Shown one piece after another: positions 57,113-64,000 of a stretch of DNA of 64,000 nucleotides (positions within the stretch are counted from its first letter, which is position 1; each line of letters begins with the position of its first letter). Under the pieces are notes generated by a model, which had not been told where the DNA came from, did no database searches, and saw only the letters and a list, made by a program, of their open reading frames with translations. The position numbers and the translations under genes are program-made. The stretch spans positions 201-64,200 of the forward strand of contig BTQE01000003.1 of the NCBI GenBank assembly GCA_036985715.1. Reading direction: 5' to 3'. The stretch comes from Rhodothermia bacterium (GTDB lineage Bacteria; Bacteroidota; Rhodothermia; Rhodothermales; UBA10348).

Positions 57113-57985
57113 ATGATCCCCAAAGAACTGTTCAAAAAGATCCGGAAACTGGAGATCCGAACGAAGGGTCTGGTCAGTAATATTTTTGGGGGTGAATATC
57201 ATTCTGCGTTCAAGGGACAGGGAATGGAATTCGCCGAAGTTCGCCCGTATCAATATGGGGACGACATCCGAAATATTGACTGGAACGTATCGGCCCGGTA
57301 CGACGAAACCTTCGTTAAAATTTTCGAAGAAGAGCGTGAACAGACCCTGTTGCTGGTCGTCGATATTTCGGGTTCGGGCGATTTTAGTTCGTTTTACAAA
57401 TTTAAAAGGGAAATCGCTGCCGAGATCTGTGCAATCGTCGCCTTTAGTGCCATCCAGAACGACGACAAAGTCGGATTACTACTTTTCTCCGATCATGTCG
57501 AACTATTTGTACCCCCGAAAAAGGGACGCCGCCACGTACTTCGGTTGATCAGAGACCTATTTGCGCACAAACGCACCTCCACGCAGACGGATATGTCCGT
57601 TGCCCTTAACCACGTTGTTCACGTACTGAACCGCCGCTCGATCGTGCTGCTCGTGAGCGATTTCATGGATAGGGATTTCGAGGCCCCGCTTCGCGCGGTT
57701 GCAAGACGCCACGATACAGTCGCCGTCCATTTACTGGATCCACGTGAAATGGAACTCCCCCGGGTAGGCCTGCTCGAACTCACGGACGCCGAAACGGATG
57801 AGAATATTGTCGTCGATACAAGCAGCAAAGAAGTGCGAACCGCGTTCGCCACGCGGGCCCGATCCCGAATCGCTCTCGTCGAGCAGGTCCTCTTCAGAGC
57901 GCGTGCCGACCGGATTCCAATCCATACCGATGAAGGGTATGTCGAGCCTCTAATTCGATTCTTTCGATACCGTAATAAGGCTTAA
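57113..57985 (+). CDS. DUF58 protein (MoxR-associated, first gene of the Bat cluster here)
   Basis: 290 aa with FKGQGMEFAEVRPYQYGDDIRNIDWNVSAR and a VWA-like core LLVVDISGS. Confidence 0.85.
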   Translation: MIPKELFKKIRKLEIRTKGLVSNIFGGEYHSAFKGQGMEFAEVRPYQYGDDIRNIDWNVSARYDETFVKIFEEEREQTLLLVVDISGSGDFSSFYKFKREIAAEICAIVAFSAIQNDDKVGLLLFSDHVELFVPPKKGRRHVLRLIRDLFAHKRTSTQTDMSVALNHVVHVLNRRSIVLLVSDFMDRDFEAPLRAVARRHDTVAVHLLDPREMELPRVGLLELTDAETDENIVVDTSSKEVRTAFATRARSRIALVEQVLFRARADRIPIHTDEGYVEPLIRFFRYRNKA

Positions 57986-57990
57986 TCAGA

Positions 57991-59076
57991 ATGAGTTGGC
58001 GTTCTCTTACCATTTCCACGACCTGTCTGATTGCAGGACTACTCGGCCTTACGACAACCACGTCGGTCGTTGCCCAGCGTTACGACGCCTATTCGCTCTC
58101 AGACAGTGTAACCGTCGGCGAACGATTCGAAATCGCTGTCTCTGTAGAGCATGATGGAAGCCGAAGCCCACTTTTCCCTCACAATTTCCTACTCGACTCA
58201 CTAATTAGTCGACCAGCTTTTGAAGTGGGTGGATTCACTATTCTCGGACACAGCTCGCCTGGCAGGCGAGAGATAAGCAACAACTGGTACATCGACAGTC
58301 TTCGGTACGAAGTGGCAACGTTTGAGTTGGATTCAGCCTACGCGGCCACCTTTCCTATCGGTCTGGTCTCGTCTACCGATACTTTAATTGCCGGCACACC
58401 GGGCGTGCTCGTGTGGATAACGTCTCTCGTTCAGGACGATGCAGAAGGAATTCGAGATATCACTGGCCTCGCCGAGTTCCCTGGAATTTCTCTTCTCTGG
58501 TACATTGTACCGATTCTCCTTTTGGGGATCGCGTACTGGCTTTACAGAAAAAGCAGGAAAACGCTGGAAATACAACTTCCTGAAGAACAACCCGAACCCA
58601 CGGAACCCCCCTGGGATGAAGCCCAGCGCAGACTCAAACTGCTTGAACAGATGGATTTGAATAATCCCGCGAACGTGAAACCTTTTTACGTTGAGCTGTC
58701 TGAATTACTCAGAACCTATTTGGCGCGGCGTTCCGATATCCCAGCTCTGGAAACAACAACCCGGGAGTTGATCACTCGTCTCCGAAGTGCGCTGGAGGAC
58801 GGGATCGTACCGGAGGAAATTGTGGGAGAAATGGAGGAGGTCCTGTTACACGCAGATCTAGTGAAGTTTGCTGACATGAAACCCGGAAATGAGGCGGGAC
58901 ATGCAGCGCTTTCAAGAACCAGCTCGGCAATTATTGGCACAGAAAAGACATTCACAGCCCGAGAAGAAGCTCTTCGAGAAGCGGCGCAGAACAAAAAAGT
59001 GAGCGAAGAAGCAGAGGAAGACAAAGCTGGTCAAGCGGAAAATCCGGAGACGCAGAAGATCAGCGATCATGAATAG
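57991..59076 (+). CDS. Bat-cluster membrane protein (BatD-like N-terminal domain, TM, then a DUF4381-like tail)
   Basis: 361 aa with a signal peptide and a central TM (LLWYIVPILLLGIAYWLY). The C-terminal PPWDEAQRRLKLLEQ..FYVELSELLRTYL recalls DUF4381. Assigned by position in the operon. Confidence 0.5.
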   Translation: MSWRSLTISTTCLIAGLLGLTTTTSVVAQRYDAYSLSDSVTVGERFEIAVSVEHDGSRSPLFPHNFLLDSLISRPAFEVGGFTILGHSSPGRREISNNWYIDSLRYEVATFELDSAYAATFPIGLVSSTDTLIAGTPGVLVWITSLVQDDAEGIRDITGLAEFPGISLLWYIVPILLLGIAYWLYRKSRKTLEIQLPEEQPEPTEPPWDEAQRRLKLLEQMDLNNPANVKPFYVELSELLRTYLARRSDIPALETTTRELITRLRSALEDGIVPEEIVGEMEEVLLHADLVKFADMKPGNEAGHAALSRTSSAIIGTEKTFTAREEALREAAQNKKVSEEAEEDKAGQAENPETQKISDHE

Positions 59077-59863
59077 TCCCGCCACACATTCTAACATGCC
59101 GTCAGAACGACTTCTTACTCGTCTGAAGCAGGCAACTTCCCTGTGTGTACTTACAGGGGCTGGCATTAGCGTGGAGAGTGGGTTGTCCACCTTTCGCGAT
59201 CCGGGAGGTCTTTGGGAAGAATACAGCCCCGAGGATCTGGCCAACGAAGCCGCATTCAGACGAGACCCACAGCTGGTTCAGGGATGGTATCAGGCGCGGC
59301 TGAAACAGGCGAAAGGTGCTCAGCCCAACGCCGGGCACCTGGCCATCACGGAATTGGACGAATTGTGCGATCGATTTCTCCTGGTTACGCAAAACGTGGA
59401 TACGCTCCACAAACGAGCCGGCACGAAGAGAATGGTAGAGCTCCACGGAAATATCGTCGATGAACGATGCATTGAATGCGGCGAACCGTCGGACCATGCT
59501 GTACTCTCAAAAGACGGGCTCCGATGTTGTGCTGATTGCAGCGGTTTGTTACGCCCTGGAGTCGTGTGGTTTGGGGAATCTCTGCCGACAGATCCGTTTG
59601 AGAGAGCATCGGAAGCAGCTTTAACCTCGGACGTATTTCTCTCGGTAGGTACCAGTTCGATTGTTTATCCGGCCGCGGGTTTACCGCTGTTGGCAAAGCA
59701 GAGTGGAGCTTATGTGGTGGAGATTAATGTCGAACCTTCCGCCCTTTCGCATGCAATGGACGAGTTGTTACTCGGGCCTGCCGACGACATTTTGCCTGCC
59801 CTGGTTGAGCACATGCGATCGGCCCAAAACCAAAAAGAACTCGAACGAATCACGAATCGTTAA
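59069..59863 (+). CDS. cobB: NAD-dependent protein deacylase, Sir2/CobB family
   Basis: 264 aa (alternative start at 59096) with GAGISVESGLSTFRD, QNVDTLH, ELHG and the Zn ribbon CIECG..CCADCSGLLRPGVVWFGE. Confidence 0.85.
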   Translation: MNSPATHSNMPSERLLTRLKQATSLCVLTGAGISVESGLSTFRDPGGLWEEYSPEDLANEAAFRRDPQLVQGWYQARLKQAKGAQPNAGHLAITELDELCDRFLLVTQNVDTLHKRAGTKRMVELHGNIVDERCIECGEPSDHAVLSKDGLRCCADCSGLLRPGVVWFGESLPTDPFERASEAALTSDVFLSVGTSSIVYPAAGLPLLAKQSGAYVVEINVEPSALSHAMDELLLGPADDILPALVEHMRSAQNQKELERITNR

Positions 59864-59888
59864 CGGACCGAAGGAAATCTGATACGCT

Positions 59889-60872
59889 ATGGAATTTGCT
59901 CAACCTCAGTGGCTCATCCTGCTTGCGCTGGTTCCCCTTCTGGGGTTTCGCTCGTGGAGGATGGCCAGGCGATCCTCTGGGCTTCGCTACAGCGCCGTAG
60001 AAACGATTCGCCGAGGCCCCAGAACCGTTCGAAATCGGATCCGGGCTTTGCCTGCCGTACTGCGTATGGCCGGGCTCACTCTTGCGGTCCTGGCGATGGC
60101 GAGACCACAAGACCTGGATGTCATACAGAAGCGCTTTGCCGAAGGCGTTGATATCGTGATGGTTCTGGACACGTCCACGTCAATGCGTGCTGAAGATTTC
60201 CGACCCAACAGATTTGAAGCGGCCCGTGCGGTTGGCGCAGAATTTATCAGCGAACGAACTTCGGACCGCGTTGGACTCGTCGTCTTTGCGGCCAAGGCAT
60301 ACACCCAGGCCCCGTTGACACTGGACTACGATTTCCTTCTGGAAATGCTTAAAGAAGTGGAGGTCGGCGTTATTGAAGACGGAACGGCGATCGGGACTGC
60401 CCTCGCCATGGCCGTCAATCGACTGAAGGACACCGCAGCAGAGAGCAAGGTGATCATACTCCTGACGGATGGGCAGAATAATCGCGGCGAGCTGAGCCCT
60501 GAAACAGCCGCAGAAATCGCCCGCACGCTGAACGTCAGAATCTATGCCATTGGCGTCGGCGCCCACGGAGAAGCTCCCTTCGTTGTCGACCATCCGTTCG
60601 CCGGTAGGCAGCGTAGGATGGTTCCCGTTGAGATTGACGAAGAAATGCTCATTTCAGTTGCAAACATGACGGGCGGCAAGTACTTCAGGGCCACCAACAA
60701 TCAGGCCTTGCGAGAAATTTACAGTGAGATTGGAGAACTCGAGAAAACGAAAATCGAGGAGCGAATTTATACTAATTACGAAGAGAAATATGCGGGATTT
60801 CTATTCCCAGGGGTCGCGCTGATTCTTCTTGATATTCTTCTGTCCACCACGTTCCTCCGGAGATTCCCTTAA
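59889..60872 (+). CDS. batA: VWA-domain membrane protein BatA
   Basis: 327 aa with N-terminal TMs, the MIDAS motif VLDTSTSM, LLTDGQNN and a C-terminal TM. Confidence 0.8.
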   Translation: MEFAQPQWLILLALVPLLGFRSWRMARRSSGLRYSAVETIRRGPRTVRNRIRALPAVLRMAGLTLAVLAMARPQDLDVIQKRFAEGVDIVMVLDTSTSMRAEDFRPNRFEAARAVGAEFISERTSDRVGLVVFAAKAYTQAPLTLDYDFLLEMLKEVEVGVIEDGTAIGTALAMAVNRLKDTAAESKVIILLTDGQNNRGELSPETAAEIARTLNVRIYAIGVGAHGEAPFVVDHPFAGRQRRMVPVEIDEEMLISVANMTGGKYFRATNNQALREIYSEIGELEKTKIEERIYTNYEEKYAGFLFPGVALILLDILLSTTFLRRFP

Positions 60873-60888
60873 CGCTGCCCTCTTTATC

Positions 60889-61968
60889 ATGGATTGGCTC
60901 TATCCTGAAAATTACTGGATCGTCGCGGCTGCACCCGTAGCGGCTGTTCTGTTTGTGTACGCAGCATTCAGGCGTCGAGGACTCTCCGATATCTTTGGAG
61001 AGCGACCGCTTGTGACCCAACTTACCTTGTCCATTAACCGTCGTCGTCGTCGTTGGAAAGCCTCCATTACAGCGCTCGGTGTAACGTTTCTGACTATCGC
61101 ATTGATGGGTCCACGTTTCGGAACGCGGCTTACGGAAATCAAGCGTGAGGGAATTGACCTGGTGATTGCCCTCGACGTTTCCGCTTCGATGATGGCCGAA
61201 GATGTCTCACCCAATCGACTGGAACGCGCTAGAAACGAAATCAAAAAACTATTGGCCGATCTCAGGGGTGATCGGGTCGCATTGGTGACATTTGCCGGCG
61301 ATGCATTCATTCAAAGTCCCCTCACCACTGACTACGCCGCCGTCAGACTCTTTTTGGATGTCGCCGACCCTTCATTAATACCCACGCCCGGTACCGATTT
61401 TGGAGCCGCCCTGGCCATGGCCATGAAGGCGTTTAAGGCTCCGGCTGCCGATCCGGACGGGGACGCTCGAACTCGGGCCGTACTCTTTGTATCCGATGGC
61501 GAAAATCATGTGGCCGATCTCGAGACGATTCTTAAGGATGCCCGTGATAAAGGAATTATCGTGTTTTCTGCTGGCGTTGGGGAAACGGAAGGTGTTCCGA
61601 TACCAATTTACGCCAACGGTCGGCGGGTCGATTATAAACGAGACCGTTCCGGCCAGGTGGTAACCACCAAACTGGAAGAAAATGCGCTGCAGGATCTCGC
61701 AAGAGACGGCGCCTACTTTAGAATTGCACGAACTTCCAGCTCGCTGTCTAAAATAACTGCCGCGCTCGATCGTTTAGATAAAACGACCTTTGGACAAGAC
61801 GAATTTGAAGAATACGATGAAAAGTTCCAGTGGCCTCTATTTCTCGGTCTTTTTATGCTTTTCGTCGAACGCGCGATATCGGATCGGCGATCCTCAACCG
61901 GGGGCCATACTGCAATGATATACGGGGATCTGACGGAGGAAGGAGACGTTGACGAGTCTTCCGACTGA
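60889..61968 (+). CDS. batB: VWA-domain membrane protein BatB
   Basis: Trimmed to the ATG at 60889 (MDWLYPENYW..). MIDAS motif ALDVSASM, FVSDGENH and a C-terminal TM. Confidence 0.8.
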   Translation: MDWLYPENYWIVAAAPVAAVLFVYAAFRRRGLSDIFGERPLVTQLTLSINRRRRRWKASITALGVTFLTIALMGPRFGTRLTEIKREGIDLVIALDVSASMMAEDVSPNRLERARNEIKKLLADLRGDRVALVTFAGDAFIQSPLTTDYAAVRLFLDVADPSLIPTPGTDFGAALAMAMKAFKAPAADPDGDARTRAVLFVSDGENHVADLETILKDARDKGIIVFSAGVGETEGVPIPIYANGRRVDYKRDRSGQVVTTKLEENALQDLARDGAYFRIARTSSSLSKITAALDRLDKTTFGQDEFEEYDEKFQWPLFLGLFMLFVERAISDRRSSTGGHTAMIYGDLTEEGDVDESSD

Positions 61969-62025
61969 TTCAATAAACTGCTTCAAGAGACTGAATAGAG
62001 GAGAACTCAATATCGATCATTCTGA

Positions 62026-62766
62026 ATGAGGATTATTCTGCTCATACTAGCCCTGGCGGTCATGGGACCTGGCGATGGTAAGAAAAAGGGCCGTCGCGCG
62101 AATGCCCTGTATGAAAAGGAGGAATTTTCTCAAGCTGCAACACTGTATCGGCAAGGAGTCCTGGATGTTCAGGAAAAGGGGCCTGGTATCGTCCACTCCG
62201 GACTGCTTAACAATCTCGGTGCGTCTCTTTTTAAGCAGGGAGAATACGAACAGGCCGCTTCGGCTTTTGCCAGCTCGTCTCGGATGGCGGACAACCAGGA
62301 GAGCGCTGTTCGTGCCAACTACAATGCCGGAAATGCTGCAGCAATGCAGCAGGAGTTTGAAACGGCTCTGGAATTCTACAAGAGCACCCTGCTTTCCGAT
62401 CCAGACAACGAAGACGCTAAATTCAACTATGAATACGTGAAGCGTCAACTGGAGGAGCAACAACAACGGGAGCAGGACCAAAATTCAGATCAGCAGGACG
62501 ATCAGCAGGACAACCAGGATCAGAATCAACGGCAGGACGATCAGCAGGACAACCAGGATCAGGATCAGCAACAAAATTTGGATCAGGATCAGCAACAGGA
62601 TCCGCAGCAAGATCCATCAGACTTGAGGGAACAGCAAAATCCGAACGAGCTGAGTAAAGAGGAAGCGCAACGAATTCTGCAAGCGCTCGAAAATGAAGAA
62701 GAGCAACTCCTTCGTCAAATACAGAAAATGAAAACTCGTCCTCGGCGAGTAGAAAAGGACTGGTAG
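62026..62766 (+). CDS. batC: TPR-repeat protein BatC with a Q/D-rich tail
   Basis: 246 aa with TPR-like helices (ANALYEKEEFSQAATLY.., ALEFYKSTLLSDPDNEDAKFN), then QQQREQDQNSDQQDDQQDNQ... Assigned by position after batB. Confidence 0.7.
   Translation: MRIILLILALAVMGPGDGKKKGRRANALYEKEEFSQAATLYRQGVLDVQEKGPGIVHSGLLNNLGASLFKQGEYEQAASAFASSSRMADNQESAVRANYNAGNAAAMQQEFETALEFYKSTLLSDPDNEDAKFNYEYVKRQLEEQQQREQDQNSDQQDDQQDNQDQNQRQDDQQDNQDQDQQQNLDQDQQQDPQQDPSDLREQQNPNELSKEEAQRILQALENEEEQLLRQIQKMKTRPRRVEKDW
62493..62562 (+). repeat. 31-bp perfect direct repeat (period 39 bp) inside batC
   Basis: GCAGGACGATCAGCAGGACAACCAGGATCAG occurs at 62493-62523 and again at 62532-62562. It encodes the duplicated QDDQQDNQDQ. 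Confidence 0.9.
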
Positions 62767-62803
62767 TTGTTATCCGGACGATCATCCGGGTTCAGGACAT
62801 GTG

Positions 62804-64000
62804 ATGAGGAAGCTTTTTTCCATAATTCTCCTATTTCTTTTTCCTTCCGTGCTTCTTGCACAGGAAATCACTGTCGTCGCTCAAGTCGACCTGACGACCA
62901 TCGGAACGGAGGAAGCCGTCACGTACACCATCGAAGTGGGTGGAGCTCCCGCCAACGATATTCAGACACCCTCTCCTCCCGACGCAAGAGGTCTAGCCCT
63001 TCTGCAATCGACCCCAAGTACTCAATCCAACCTCTCCATTCTGAACGGTGTAATGGAACAGAGCTACAGTTTTCGCTGGGTGTATCAGCCGCTGCGCGAA
63101 GGATCGGCCCAGCTGGGTTCCACCTCGGTGACGGTCGGTGGGGCCGTCTATAAAACCGAGAAGATCGATATCACTGTCGTTCCTCAATCGCAGCGACCGG
63201 CACGCGCACCCCGCCGCTCGATTCGTCGTCTGGATCCATTTTCCTCTCTGTTCCGGTCCCCGTTTGACTCGGCTGAACCGGTCGAGGAAGCTCCTCCGGA
63301 TCCGACTGATTTGTTTATTCGGGCTACGCCCAGTGACCGAAGCGTCGTTCAAAATGAACAGGTTACGATCGAATACCAGCTCTTCTTCCGGGAGGGAGTT
63401 CAGTTAAGACAAAGCCGACTCACTGATTCGTGGGACGCCGAAGGGTTCTGGCGAGAAGAGTTGGACGTTGAAACGAGACCGATACCACAGATCGTCATCG
63501 AAAACGGCAAGCGATACAATAAGATCGTTCTGAAGCGGGCGGCGGTATTTCCTACACGCACAGGTACACTCATGGTCGACTCACTGAGAATTGAGACTGA
63601 AGCCGTCTTTCCATCCCGCACCTCGGATCCGTTCCAGTTATTCTCACTCAGAAGCAGCTACAGACCGGTGGAACTGTCTTCGCCGGCCGTTACGATCGAA
63701 TCCACAGCTTTACCTCCTGATGCTCCAGATTCGTTCACCGGAGCGGTAGGCTCTTACCGACTCGAAACGCGAATTGATCGCACGATACTCGACGTTGGAG
63801 GTTCAATACAGTTCGTCGTAACCATCTCCGGTACGGGCAACCTTGCGACTCTGGAAGCCCCCGATTTTTTACCTCCGGCTGCATTTGAGCTGTACGATCC
63901 TCAAATTGAAACCCATCTGGATCGATCGGGTGCACGTCTCGCGGGCTCGAAGTCGTTCACATACGTTATGGTACCCAGGGCCAATGGGACATTTGAGCTT
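62804..64000 (+). CDS. batD: BatD (oxygen-tolerance) protein, 5' part; runs off the window
   Basis: Absent from the ORF track because it is open to the window end. ATG at 62804 gives MRKLFSIILLFLFPSVLLAQEITVVAQVD..; the frame stays open for 399 codons. It contains the FTGAVGSYRLETRIDRT..VVTISGTGNLATLEAP pattern typical of BatD. Confidence 0.7.
   Translation, partial: MRKLFSIILLFLFPSVLLAQEITVVAQVDLTTIGTEEAVTYTIEVGGAPANDIQTPSPPDARGLALLQSTPSTQSNLSILNGVMEQSYSFRWVYQPLREGSAQLGSTSVTVGGAVYKTEKIDITVVPQSQRPARAPRRSIRRLDPFSSLFRSPFDSAEPVEEAPPDPTDLFIRATPSDRSVVQNEQVTIEYQLFFREGVQLRQSRLTDSWDAEGFWREELDVETRPIPQIVIENGKRYNKIVLKRAAVFPTRTGTLMVDSLRIETEAVFPSRTSDPFQLFSLRSSYRPVELSSPAVTIESTALPPDAPDSFTGAVGSYRLETRIDRTILDVGGSIQFVVTISGTGNLATLEAPDFLPPAAFELYDPQIETHLDRSGARLAGSKSFTYVMVPRANGTFEL

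Noticed and set aside
59069-59863. Sir2-domain gene as a possible antiphage SIR2 effector
   Set aside because: It has the compact CobB architecture with an intact Zn ribbon and the NAD-binding GAGISxxSG motif, with no fused or adjacent sensor domains (no HerA, DSR, pAgo or TIR partners). A housekeeping-type deacylase is the better reading, and only its operon context is unusual.

Overview
This is a 64-kb chromosomal window of roughly 50-55% GC, judged by eye. The gene content looks like the FCB group (Bacteroidota, Rhodothermota or Balneolota-like): b558-type sdhCAB, a Bat aerotolerance operon, an MltD-like LysM lytic transglycosylase, and large secreted Asp-box propeller proteins. The taxonomic call is inference only.

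I can support 56 protein-coding genes. Two of them run off the window edges and are absent from the ORF track: an FrdA-like gene at 1..739 (-) and batD at 62804..64000 (+). I also support three short tandem or direct repeats, one strong intrinsic terminator and one orphan terminator-like hairpin. I saw no rRNA, tRNA, CRISPR array, transposase or integrase.

The housekeeping blocks are:
- Central metabolism: gltA-sdhCAB, purQ, apt, ridA, rng and an acyl-CoA carboxyltransferase.
- Cell envelope: an MltD-like transglycosylase, an ECF sigma module and an Amidase_3 enzyme.
- The Bat operon: DUF58-batABCD.

The least ordinary part is 10.6-28.9 kb. Three paralogous ~1000-aa sortilin/VPS10-like BNR propeller proteins sit there among peptide and amino-acid genes. 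One of them appears co-operonic with an enolase-superfamily epimerase, a DUF1611 (DgcN-like) protein and a YkvI-type permease, and it is divergent from an OPT peptide transporter. I propose this as a candidate peptide or D-amino-acid capture and utilisation system of unassigned function.

Other points worth a second look:
- Two unrelated tandem-repeat arrays each abut the start codon of a minus-strand gene.
- A CobB sirtuin is embedded in a Bat operon that has no adjacent MoxR ATPase.
- An ECF sigma module carries two paralogous secreted coiled-coil proteins.
- A 790-bp non-coding rng/gltA spacer has no assigned feature.
- Two different complex II flavoproteins occur in the window.

All family assignments come from motif recognition and recall. 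No searches were run.
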